Shown in pieces: positions 9,014 to 17,747 of a stretch of DNA of 52,967 nucleotides. Numbering within the stretch: the stretch's first letter is position 1; the number at the start of each line of letters is the position of its first letter. Origin of the DNA: Planctomycetia bacterium. Lineage in GTDB: Bacteria; Planctomycetota; Planctomycetia; Pirellulales; PALSA-1355. The position numbers and the translations under genes were made by a program. The stretch is from contig JBGQKM010000002.1 of the NCBI GenBank assembly GCA_041499515.1, forward strand, positions 1-52,967. Direction: 5' to 3'. The notes under the pieces were generated by a model, which saw nothing but the letters and a program-made list of their open reading frames with translations, ran no database searches and was not told the origin of the DNA.

Positions 9014-10336
9014 TTACGGATTGGCGGCCAGGGACGCACAAACTAGCTCCCTATCGCTGCGGGCGAACACGTGGCGGTTCGCGTAGGCCGGGGCGACCCA
9101 TGCCAACATTTTTCCGCCGAAGGGAACGGTCGGTTCCAAGAGACGAGCGCGGCTCAACTCCTGGTAGCCTTGGGGCGTGAGCCGCGCCCGGATCAAAACG
9201 CCTTCATCGGTGAAAAGGAACACGGAGTCGCCGTTGGCCGTCAGATGGATGCTCGCCCCCGACTTCAGGCCCGTCACTTTGTCCGTCTCCCACAACTGCT
9301 GGCCGGTGCGGGCTTCCAGACAGACCAATTCGCCGCTGGATTTGGCGGAGTAGAGATGATCGCCTCGCAAGAGCGGCGTCGACGTGTTGCTCAGGACCCG
9401 GCGCGAAACGGCTCTCGACGTCGGCCAGAGTGTAGTGGCCAACGGCTCCTCGACGCGCAACTCCAACATCAATCCGCTGAGCAAGAGCAGATTCTTCTCG
9501 CTAACCGGAGTGGCGATCGCATCGTTATTGCTCGTCACCAGCCGCTCGCGCCAGTACACTTCTCCGGTCGCAGGGACTAGCGACGTCACCGATTCACCGG
9601 TCCAGACGATCAATTGCCGCTTGCCGCCCGCGGTGATCACGATCGGCGAGCTGTTGGAAATCGATTCGTCGAGCGCTCGCCAGATCTGTTTGCCAGAGTT
9701 CTTGTCCAGCGCGGTGACGCATGCCCCCGGCTTGCCTCCGGTGAACAAAATCAGCAAATCTCCCTCGATCAAAGGCGAAGTCCGGCAGCTCAGCACCTGG
9801 ATTTCATATTCCTTTTCCAGTCGCTTCTCCCAGAGCACCTTCCCGGTGGGTGCCTCCAGGCAGTGAACGTGTCCGTTGCCCCCCAGGGCATATATCTTAC
9901 CGGCATCGACAATCGGAGTTGCGCCGGGGCGGCCTTCCTGGCCGGCGGTGAAGGCCCACTCGGGATACACGACGTCATAGGCATTCGTCCAGAGCGACTT
10001 GCCGGTCGCCTCGTCAAAGCAATGAACGCGCTCCTGGGCCGCGGTTCGTGCCAAAAGTGAATCGGTGACGAACACCCGTCCCTGCGACACCACGGGGCTC
10101 GACCAGCCGAACCCGACTGGATTTCTCCAGCGGACCTTCAGCCCTTCAGCCGGAAACGTCTCCAGCACGCCGGTTTCGGCCCAGACGCCGTCCCGGTGTG
10201 GCCCGCGCCACTGCGGCCAGTCCTCAGCCCGGGCCGGATTCGTCCAAGTGCCGGGAAGAATGCAAGCCGCAACCAAGACCACACGTGGCAATGGATCGAA
10301 CAATTTTTTGAATCGTCGATTCCAATGCATCCGCAT
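9014..10336 (-). CDS. Secreted PQQ-like (BamB-type) beta-propeller repeat protein
   Basis: Start moved to the ATG at 10336 (MRMHWNRRFKK...VLVAACIL...ARA signal). EDWPQWRGPHRDGVW opening and repeated G.VY/GG..H.CL propeller blades. Confidence 0.85.
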   Translation of the reverse strand: MRMHWNRRFKKLFDPLPRVVLVAACILPGTWTNPARAEDWPQWRGPHRDGVWAETGVLETFPAEGLKVRWRNPVGFGWSSPVVSQGRVFVTDSLLARTAAQERVHCFDEATGKSLWTNAYDVVYPEWAFTAGQEGRPGATPIVDAGKIYALGGNGHVHCLEAPTGKVLWEKRLEKEYEIQVLSCRTSPLIEGDLLILFTGGKPGACVTALDKNSGKQIWRALDESISNSSPIVITAGGKRQLIVWTGESVTSLVPATGEVYWRERLVTSNNDAIATPVSEKNLLLLSGLMLELRVEEPLATTLWPTSRAVSRRVLSNTSTPLLRGDHLYSAKSSGELVCLEARTGQQLWETDKVTGLKSGASIHLTANGDSVFLFTDEGVLIRARLTPQGYQELSRARLLEPTVPFGGKMLAWVAPAYANRHVFARSDRELVCASLAANP

Positions 10337-10722
10337 GAGCAACCCTGCACCAAAAAAATGCATCCAGGATGGCGGTGCCCGAAGCGCACTCACCGGCCTG
10401 ATTATAGCTGATTGAATTGGCGGTTTCCTACCTCGAGCGCAAGCGGACGTGAGGGTTTTTCTGGTAGAAAACCCTGCCCGGAAGTCGAAAGCCGAGGTCC
10501 AGGCGAGAGCGGCCCGTCGGCAACTTGTCGATTCCGCGACAGGTTGATCGATGGAGCATTGTCCAACCGGCCATGAGCAGACCAGGTAATCGTCCCGCGT
10601 GCGAAACAACGGGGAAAATCAGCGCGCGAGACACAGGGGGGCCGAATTGGTAGGATAGCGAGAATGCCGGGCAGCCTGGGCAGAAATGGAAAACGCCGGC
10701 CAGTAGAAGAGGAGAGGCAAAC

Positions 10723-12069
10723 ATGGAACGCTCATTGACGCTTCTGCGGTTTTTCTCGATCGTGACCTGCGCGGTGATTGCAAACTCATGGGTGAGTGCA
10801 GACGAGCCTGCAATCTTTCACAAGCCGCTGCGTTTGCAAGCCGACGGCATGGACATCGACACGGGCGAAGCTTGGGGCCATTCTGGGCCATCGCTTGCCG
10901 ACGTCGATGGTGACGGTCAGCGTGATCTGGTCGTGGGCGATTTCAGCGGCAAGTTTCGCTTTTACAAGAACGTCGGTTCCGAGAAAGAGCCGAAGTATGC
11001 CGCCCTCAAATTTGTTCAGGCCGGAAACACCGACGCTCACGTCCCGATCTATTGCTGCATAGGCTCCAGTCCGCATTTCGTCGACTTCGACTACGACGGA
11101 ATCTTGGATTTCATCAGTGGCTCGTACGATCCTGGCGAGTGTTATTTGTTTCGCGGCCTTGGCGGCGGCAAATTTGCCGAGCGGCAAACCCTGCTCGACA
11201 GAAGCGGCAAACCCATCCTTCGCCACCCCGACCAAAAACAAAACGTGCAATCGTTCGGCAGTTGGCCGGTGATGGTCGATTGGAATAATGATGGCAAGCC
11301 CGACCTGCTCATTGGCGACTTCGAAGGCATGATGTTCGTCCGCTTGAACGAAGGCGCGCGCGAAAAACCCGAGTTTTCCAAATCGAACATCGTGGTCCAG
11401 GCCGCGGGCAAGGATTTAAAACTGCCGGGGAATCCAGCGGGCCACGCGGCACCGGCCGTGGCTGATTGGGATGGCGACGGACGCTGGGATATTCTCTCCG
11501 GCTGCGACAACGGCGGCGTTTACTTTTATCGCAACATTGGCGAGCCGGAAGCACCGCGCTTCGAAGAGCCGCAAGTTCTAATTGCTCCGCACGAAGGCAA
11601 CGGATACGACGAAATCTTGGAAGTCGGCGCCGAACCGGTGCCCGGCGTCCGCACGCAAATTGCCGCGGTCGATTACCTCGGTAACGGCAAAACTGATCTG
11701 CTCGTTGGCGATTTTTGCACGACCGTCACGCCCCAAGCCAATCTGACGCCAGCCGAACGGCAGGAATTTCAATCCTTGCGCAAGCAATCGGAGGAAACGA
11801 GCGCCGGCATGCGCAAGCAGATGGATGATCTGCGACGGGACTTTTTCAAACGTTTTCCTGGCGATGCGATCAATTCCGATGAAGCGGACGCCGAGTGGAC
11901 CAAGGCCTATCACGCAATGAAAGACAGCCAGCAATATAAAACGTTGGAAACGAAATCGAAAGAATTGGATGCGGCAATGGTCAAATACCTGGTTAAACCG
12001 CCGCGCAAAGGATCCTTTAACGAATACTCAACCACCCACGGCTATGTTTGGCTCTTTCTGCGAAAATAA
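10723..12069 (+). CDS. Secreted FG-GAP/VCBS repeat protein
   Basis: 448 aa with a signal peptide. At least five repeats of the type DVDGDGQRDLVVGDFSGKFRFYKNVG, VDWNNDGKPDLLIGDF and ADWDGDGRWDILSG. SD GAGGAGAGG upstream. Confidence 0.85.
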   Translation: MERSLTLLRFFSIVTCAVIANSWVSADEPAIFHKPLRLQADGMDIDTGEAWGHSGPSLADVDGDGQRDLVVGDFSGKFRFYKNVGSEKEPKYAALKFVQAGNTDAHVPIYCCIGSSPHFVDFDYDGILDFISGSYDPGECYLFRGLGGGKFAERQTLLDRSGKPILRHPDQKQNVQSFGSWPVMVDWNNDGKPDLLIGDFEGMMFVRLNEGAREKPEFSKSNIVVQAAGKDLKLPGNPAGHAAPAVADWDGDGRWDILSGCDNGGVYFYRNIGEPEAPRFEEPQVLIAPHEGNGYDEILEVGAEPVPGVRTQIAAVDYLGNGKTDLLVGDFCTTVTPQANLTPAERQEFQSLRKQSEETSAGMRKQMDDLRRDFFKRFPGDAINSDEADAEWTKAYHAMKDSQQYKTLETKSKELDAAMVKYLVKPPRKGSFNEYSTTHGYVWLFLRK

Positions 12070-13417
12070 GCGGGTTGAATGGGCGCTGAAATCGCTCACC
12101 GTGGCAATGGCTTCGGCCACGCTCACCGCTTGCAGTCGGCCGGCGCGAGACCGTGAGGCAGTGCCCCCAACGCCGGCAAATGCGACTACCACGACAGACG
12201 TTTCACCGCCGAAGCGCTTTGAGGCCGGCGTGGTTCCGATCGACAATCCGAGCCGGGAAAATGTCGTAGTTGTTGCGGCGGCCATATTCCCGCAGACGGC
12301 CAGGCCGGGCGACGCCGTGACGCTGGCTGTTCGCTTTCGGACAGCTATCGGGTGGCACGTCTCCACCGTCGAGAGCGCGGATCAGACTGGACCGGCCGAG
12401 CCGACAAGGCTCGATATGAAGCTGCCGGCTGGTGTTTCTCCAGATGGCGATTGGGTGTTGCCGCAGCCGGACACGTGTGTCGATGCGATGGGTCGCCGTC
12501 GAGTATACACCGACGACGTAACCTTCAGGCGCCGACTAAAGATCGATCATCGCCAATCGATGGGCACTCTCGTCCTGCAGTGTACGGTCAGCTATCAGGC
12601 CTGCAACGACACCGTTTGCACCCGCCCAGTTCCGCTCGAGTTGCGGCCCACACTCGACGTGATCGATCGGGGAGCGGAGATTGCCGGCATCGGGGCAGCC
12701 TTGGGCAACGACGGTGAGCATCTGGTCGTCGCTAAAATCCTGCCCGATTCGCCGGCCGCCGTGAGCAAGGCCATCAACGTCGGCGATCGTATCCTGGCGG
12801 TCGGCGATGAGAATGAGCCGCCGGTGGACCTGGCAGGCCTCAAGCTCGCCGAAGCGGTCAATCTGATTCGTGGCGCAAAAGGCAGTACAGTGCGATTGAC
12901 GCTCGTGCCGGCGGGCAAGGACGACTCACAAGCGCGCGTAATCAGTCTGGTGCGGGGCGAGCTCAAGCTCAAGTTTTTCGCCGGCGATCTCTTGGAACCT
13001 GGCAGCAAGGCCCCAAACCTTGAGATGATCGCGTTGCCCGCCAAGACACGCGAGAAATTGTCAGATTATGCCGGCAAGATCGTGGTGCTCGAATTCTGGG
13101 CGACCTGGTGTCGGCCCTGCCAGGATGTCATGGCGAAGTTTCAAACGTATCCCGGCAAATATCCCGAGTGGAGAGACAAAGTCGCGCTCATCGCCGTGAG
13201 CATCGATGATGAACAGGATCCGGCCATCGAGCACTTGCAAGCGAAGGGATGGGACCAGACGCACAACGTCTGGGTAGCGACTGACGCTGTCAAGGATTTT
13301 CACGTCAATGGAGTGCCGACGATCTACATCATTGACCCTCAGGGAAACGTCGTCGATGCAGATCACGGAGTCGACATCCCCGAAATGGTGAATCGTCTAC
13401 TGCAAAACAAGAAGTAA
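12044..13417 (+). CDS. Lipoprotein-like DsbD-N(DsbC-type)/PDZ/TlpA-thioredoxin three-domain protein
   Basis: GWHVSTVES...VSYQACNDTVCTRPVP is the DsbD N-terminal/DsbC-type domain. GIGAALG...VVAKILPDSPAA...GDRILAVGD is a PDZ domain. VVLEFWATWCRPCQ is the CxxC of TlpA/ResA-like thioredoxins. LTAC lipobox. The start is ambiguous: ATG 12044 overlaps the upstream gene by 26 nt, and ATG 12107 or CTG 12086 are alternatives. Confidence 0.8.
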   Translation: MFGSFCENKRVEWALKSLTVAMASATLTACSRPARDREAVPPTPANATTTTDVSPPKRFEAGVVPIDNPSRENVVVVAAAIFPQTARPGDAVTLAVRFRTAIGWHVSTVESADQTGPAEPTRLDMKLPAGVSPDGDWVLPQPDTCVDAMGRRRVYTDDVTFRRRLKIDHRQSMGTLVLQCTVSYQACNDTVCTRPVPLELRPTLDVIDRGAEIAGIGAALGNDGEHLVVAKILPDSPAAVSKAINVGDRILAVGDENEPPVDLAGLKLAEAVNLIRGAKGSTVRLTLVPAGKDDSQARVISLVRGELKLKFFAGDLLEPGSKAPNLEMIALPAKTREKLSDYAGKIVVLEFWATWCRPCQDVMAKFQTYPGKYPEWRDKVALIAVSIDDEQDPAIEHLQAKGWDQTHNVWVATDAVKDFHVNGVPTIYIIDPQGNVVDADHGVDIPEMVNRLLQNKK

Positions 13418-13461
13418 CTCACTGCACGTGCCACACAAAGATCGCCCGCTCTCGCGGGTCG

Positions 13462-14211
13462 CTATAGCGCTCCGTTGGCGTGCGACAGCTCGCGCAGATG
13501 GGCTAGCGCCTGGTCCACGTCGGGCACGGCCACGCCCAGTTGTCGCCCGCGACGGTCGCAATCGCAAAGCAGCATCAGGTCGTCGAAGTCCTCGGACGCT
13601 TCCAACCGCCGACGCGCTCGAACGCCCAAGGTGCCATCGCGCAAGGCGCCGGCTTCCGAGTGATGCGCGATCAACCAGGCCGTGCGCTCGGTGATGTGCC
13701 CGTCGAGCGATTCGAGCGCCGCGCCGATATGATCGCGCGGGTCGATGGCCTTGCCCACGTCGTGCAGCAGTGCCGCCAACTGAAACTCTTCGTCGTACGG
13801 CAGCGCGTCGCGGGCCAGGTCGAAGACTTGCAGGCTGTGATAGAGGGCGTCGCCCTCAGGATGCCATTGCGGTTTCTGCTGGACGGTCTCCAGCGGAACG
13901 AGCAACACTCGGTAGATTTGAAATCGCTCGACCTGCTGCCTGGCTTCGACGTGGGCTGGTTCGATCGGCATTTCGCCGATGGGCACTTCGTCGGGGCCAG
14001 CCGTGCGGCAGTTCCGCTCGTGGATACGCGCCAGCGATTGGATTTGGTCTCGGATCTCCTGGTCGGTTGGCAGATCGGACGGCTTGACCCAGCCCTGATA
14101 CACGCGCCGGCCGGCCTTCATCTTCGCTCGATAGAAATCCGACGCGTGCCGCGCGACCATCAGGCGGGCCGCCTCGTACGCGATTTGCCGTCGCAGCTTA
14201 TCGTTGCTCAT
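13462..14211 (-). CDS. HD-domain metal-dependent phosphohydrolase
   Basis: 249 aa. WHPEGDALYHSLQV and AALLHDVGKAIDPRDH are the His...HD...D motifs of the HD superfamily. Confidence 0.8.
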   Translation of the reverse strand: MSNDKLRRQIAYEAARLMVARHASDFYRAKMKAGRRVYQGWVKPSDLPTDQEIRDQIQSLARIHERNCRTAGPDEVPIGEMPIEPAHVEARQQVERFQIYRVLLVPLETVQQKPQWHPEGDALYHSLQVFDLARDALPYDEEFQLAALLHDVGKAIDPRDHIGAALESLDGHITERTAWLIAHHSEAGALRDGTLGVRARRRLEASEDFDDLMLLCDCDRRGRQLGVAVPDVDQALAHLRELSHANGAL

Positions 14212-14555
14212 CGCGGTCCTGTGCCGAAACGAAGCCCACCAACGCGACGCGGGGCACTATGGATTTCCGCCAATACTACGGAACGTGCCACGGCGGTCGA
14301 AGCGCCGCGTGGTTTCGGGGCGCCCGCTAGTCGCGACCGGCCCATTGGTTATCCAGGACTCAATGAGTAAAGTATACGCGACGGCTTGCGGACCCGCCAA
14401 CGGCCCGACGTCGGGTGTGCCCAAAGTATGGGAATTGCGGTCCGCTTGCCGCCTTTCCGCTTCGGAATCTAATACATAGACAGGACAATCCGACCGGGTC
14501 AACGGTTCGCTGTTTTCGCGCAATCAGAGCTTCGGGCCCTCGGCGGTTCGCACGC

Positions 14556-15803
14556 ATGCACGCATCCCCGAAATCGCTTTCGGCCGTGGACGAAATTCTG
14601 CGATTCAATGCGGACCGCAAGGAAGAATTGCTGAAAATCAAGTACGCGCGCATGTCGGGAAACGTGTTCGCGTTTTTTCGCGGCGTCGACCACTTGTATG
14701 CGACTCGCTGGCCGCTGGTTCGCGTGCGCGACGCGGGGCCGCCGATCTTGATCTGCGGCGACTTGCACTTGGAGAATTTTGGCGCGTACCAGACCGACGA
14801 CGGCGATTTTCGCTACGACGTTAACGACTTCGACGAAGCGCTGGTCGCTCCCTGCGGCCTGGACCTTGTCCGCTGCACGACGAGCATTCTGCTGGCCGCC
14901 GAAGTGTGGCAGATTTCGGCCGCCCAGGCCACAGGCACCGCGCTTGCATTTCTGACTTCCTACGGTGCAGCCGTGGTCCAGGCGTCGCACGGCGGACAGA
15001 CGGGCGAGGTTTCTCCCGGCCAAGGGACTGGGCCGATTTGGGACCTGTTGGGCGAGACGGCCTTGGGTGAACAAACGAAACTTCTCGACCATCACACCGA
15101 GTTGAACAAACACGGCCAGCGACGCATCCTGCGTAGCGCCGACAAACATCCGGACGTCAGCGAGAAAAAGGCAGCCCTGGTACGCGAGGCCCTCGATCAA
15201 TATGCACGCTCCACGCCGACGCCTGAGGCCTATCGGGCGTTGGATGTCACTGGCCGGATCATGGGCATCGGCAATCTGGGATTGCGGCGCTATACGGTGC
15301 TGGTCGCCGGCGGCGGCACGCCGGACACGAACCGGTTGCTGGACATCAAGGAAGCGGCCCCGTCATCCATGTTGAGCTGTGCCGAGGGCCCACAGCCCGA
15401 CTTTGCAGGCAACGACGCGTTGCGGGTGGTTCAAGCGCAACGCCAATTGCAGTCGAAACCGACGGCCGGATTGGCCACGATCGATATCGACGCGCGTCAC
15501 TTTCGGATGCGTGAAATGGTTCCTGATGAAAATCGTTCGAAGCTCGACCATTTGCAGAAGAAACCAGAAAAGCTCCGTGCCGCGGTGCAGGTGGTGGGCC
15601 AGTTGACGGCCTGGTCGCAGATGCGCGGTTGTGATGCGCAAAGCCGCGACGCGCGGCGGGCGTTGGCATCGTGGGTCGACGGCGCGGAACTTGACGCGCT
15701 GCTGGCCTCCGCGGTACGGTGCGTCGACGTGACCTGTCAGGACTATCAGAGTTTCCGCGCGGCCTACGCCGAACATGTTTTTGATAAACCACCACGCGAG
15801 TAG
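14556..15803 (+). CDS. DUF2252-family protein (function unknown)
   Basis: Start moved to the ATG at 14556. KYARMSGNVFAFFRG ... LICGDLHLENFG ... FRYDVNDFDEA matches the DUF2252 pattern as I remember it. Confidence 0.7.
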   Translation: MHASPKSLSAVDEILRFNADRKEELLKIKYARMSGNVFAFFRGVDHLYATRWPLVRVRDAGPPILICGDLHLENFGAYQTDDGDFRYDVNDFDEALVAPCGLDLVRCTTSILLAAEVWQISAAQATGTALAFLTSYGAAVVQASHGGQTGEVSPGQGTGPIWDLLGETALGEQTKLLDHHTELNKHGQRRILRSADKHPDVSEKKAALVREALDQYARSTPTPEAYRALDVTGRIMGIGNLGLRRYTVLVAGGGTPDTNRLLDIKEAAPSSMLSCAEGPQPDFAGNDALRVVQAQRQLQSKPTAGLATIDIDARHFRMREMVPDENRSKLDHLQKKPEKLRAAVQVVGQLTAWSQMRGCDAQSRDARRALASWVDGAELDALLASAVRCVDVTCQDYQSFRAAYAEHVFDKPPRE

Positions 15804-15857
15804 CGACGCCAATCGCGATCAGCCATTGCCCGAAACCTCATTTCCGGAACACACGCC

Positions 15858-16319
15858 ATGGAACAACTCTGGCAGCAACTCGCGGCGGACTGGCCCGACA
15901 AGGGCCACATGTTGATCGTCACTTTCCGGCTTGTACTGGCTGCGGCGGTCGGCGCGCTGCCCGGCCTGCAGCGCGAGCGGATGGGCGTGCCCGCGGGCTT
16001 GCGGACTCACATGCTGGTTTCGCTGGGTGCGGCGATTTTTATTTTGGCGGCTCTCGACGCTGGGGCCACGATGGGCGACGCGACGCGGGTGATCCAGGGT
16101 CTTGCCACGGGCATCGGCTTCGTCGGGGCGGGGGCCATTTTGAAGTCGGCCCAAAGTCATGAAGTCCATGGGCTGACCACCGCGTCGAGCATTTGGCTGA
16201 CCGCCGGGTTGGGAACCGCCGTCGGCATGGGCCGGATTTGGCTGCCGCTATTCGGCAGCGTGCTGGCCTTGATCATCCTTTCCCTGCTGCGCCGCTTCGA
16301 GGCCCACGCATCCAAATAA
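15858..16319 (+). CDS. MgtC/SapB family membrane protein
   Basis: 153 aa. RLVLAAAVGALPGLQRERMGVPAGLRTHMLVSLGAAIF is the conserved MgtC N-terminal block. Confidence 0.85.
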   Translation: MEQLWQQLAADWPDKGHMLIVTFRLVLAAAVGALPGLQRERMGVPAGLRTHMLVSLGAAIFILAALDAGATMGDATRVIQGLATGIGFVGAGAILKSAQSHEVHGLTTASSIWLTAGLGTAVGMGRIWLPLFGSVLALIILSLLRRFEAHASK

Positions 16320-16375
16320 AAAAGGTGTCAGGAACCTTTTTTCAGCGCGGGAAAAGGTTCCTGACACCTTTTTAG
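16318..16375. terminator. Bidirectional intrinsic terminator (perfect 21-nt inverted repeat)
   Basis: AAAAGGTGTCAGGAACCTTTT (16320-16340), an 11-nt loop, then AAAAGGTTCCTGACACCTTTT (16352-16372). A GC-rich 13-bp stem core flanked by A/T tracts on both sides, lying exactly between the stop codons of convergent genes (16317-16319 and 16372-16374). Confidence 0.7.
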
Positions 16376-17742
16376 CGGGCGTCGTGCAGCGCTAGGGACA
16401 CGCGGCCGAGGCTCAGGATCACTAGTGCCAAGAGCAGGCTGGCGGTGCCCAGCACGATGTAAATCAACCACGGCAAACGCTCGGTCAGTGGAAGCGGCGC
16501 GGGCAAATAGTCGGGATTCTGTTGCGGCAAGCCGAGGCCCAGCCGCTCCGGTGAAGGCTCGAGCTGGGCCGGCAAGTTACGCTCAAGATCGTAGTGCGGC
16601 GGCTCGGCAAGCGGGTTGCCATAGTACAGCCGCAAGGGACCTTGCAGCGTTTCGTCGCGAGCAAAAACCACTTCGCGGGCCGGCGCGACAAATTCCACCG
16701 AGCGCAGATCGAGGGGCGGATTGCGATAGTCGGTCACGACAAGCCTCAGCCGCGCCGCGGTTCGTTCTCCGAATTCGGCCGTCAATGGACGCAACGCGTC
16801 GCCGGCACGCCGGCTCCACGAACCGGAGGCGACGAACTCGAATGGCTGCCACGAGCCCTCCGGTTCAACGGCTTCTACGCGGTAGTCGCGAGCGAATTCC
16901 GGGTCCGCGATCTCCACCAGAATCTTCTGGCAAGGCTGATTGACGCCGCCCAAGTCGATCATCCAGGCCGATCCCGGACCGGCGCCGGCAGCGACCGGCT
17001 CGCGCGGCTCCAGCCTGGCCGGCAGCGTCACGAATTCACCGGGGACTTCCACCTTGCGATGCACGGTCACGGCGCCCTGCTCGACGGGTTTCTTATCGAC
17101 CTGCGGATCCTGATACACTCGCAGTCGTAAATAGCGAAACCGGCTGGGAGGATAGACGACGCGGCGATCGTCCAACTCGCGATCGTCGGCCCGAAAATGC
17201 ACGAGGTTCTTGCTCTCCACGATCGTCTTCCACTCCTGGCCGTCAGCGCTGCCTTCCAGTTGTGCCCGACGACGAAAATTCAGGTCGGGCAGTTCCACTT
17301 CAACCGCGTTGTGCTCCGGCGCGTCGGAGCCCAGGTCGAGCGTGACTTCACTGGAATCGTTAGGGCCGGCGGCCCGATTGAATTCGCGGGCGGAGATCGT
17401 TTGATCCACCGAGACCGGCCGGCGAATGCGCAGGGCATAGTGCACCTCGCGACTTTTGGCGTCGTACAAGCGCAGGTCGCCCAAGTCAACTCGGGCCTTA
17501 TCGAACACGCTGGGAGTCAACACGAAGTCGATCAGCGCCGCGGTCGACTCGGTCGGAAGGGGAAGCTCTTGAAAGGTTTCCCAACGCTGCCAGAGGCCAG
17601 CGGTTTGGGTGTCGGGAGGTTTGTCCGCCGGCGCCGCGGCGATCGAGCCCGGGGCAAGCGCGAGCAGCGCGGCGATTGTCGACAGGGTGATGCGACGCGA
17701 ACCGGCGGTGCGCGACGCGTTTTTCGAATTCATCCCAAGCAT
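16372..17742 (-). CDS. Secreted DUF3999-like protein (function unknown)
   Basis: Start moved to the ATG at 17742, giving MLGMNSKNASRTAGSRRITLSTIAALLALAPGSIAAAP (signal peptide) and a C-terminal hydrophobic anchor WLIYIVLGTASLLLALVILSL. SD GGAGGAG 9 nt upstream. The family assignment rests on size, architecture and pairing with DUF2339 (from memory). Confidence 0.65.
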   Translation of the reverse strand: MLGMNSKNASRTAGSRRITLSTIAALLALAPGSIAAAPADKPPDTQTAGLWQRWETFQELPLPTESTAALIDFVLTPSVFDKARVDLGDLRLYDAKSREVHYALRIRRPVSVDQTISAREFNRAAGPNDSSEVTLDLGSDAPEHNAVEVELPDLNFRRRAQLEGSADGQEWKTIVESKNLVHFRADDRELDDRRVVYPPSRFRYLRLRVYQDPQVDKKPVEQGAVTVHRKVEVPGEFVTLPARLEPREPVAAGAGPGSAWMIDLGGVNQPCQKILVEIADPEFARDYRVEAVEPEGSWQPFEFVASGSWSRRAGDALRPLTAEFGERTAARLRLVVTDYRNPPLDLRSVEFVAPAREVVFARDETLQGPLRLYYGNPLAEPPHYDLERNLPAQLEPSPERLGLGLPQQNPDYLPAPLPLTERLPWLIYIVLGTASLLLALVILSLGRVSLALHDAR

Positions 17743-17747
17743 GCGTT

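Noticed and set aside
10452-10475. 8-bp hairpin AGGGTTTT-N8-AAAACCCT in the divergent PQQ-propeller / FG-GAP intergenic region.
   Set aside because: It is short, has no flanking U-tract in either direction and lies between divergent starts rather than gene ends. It could occur by chance or be a minor UTR structure.
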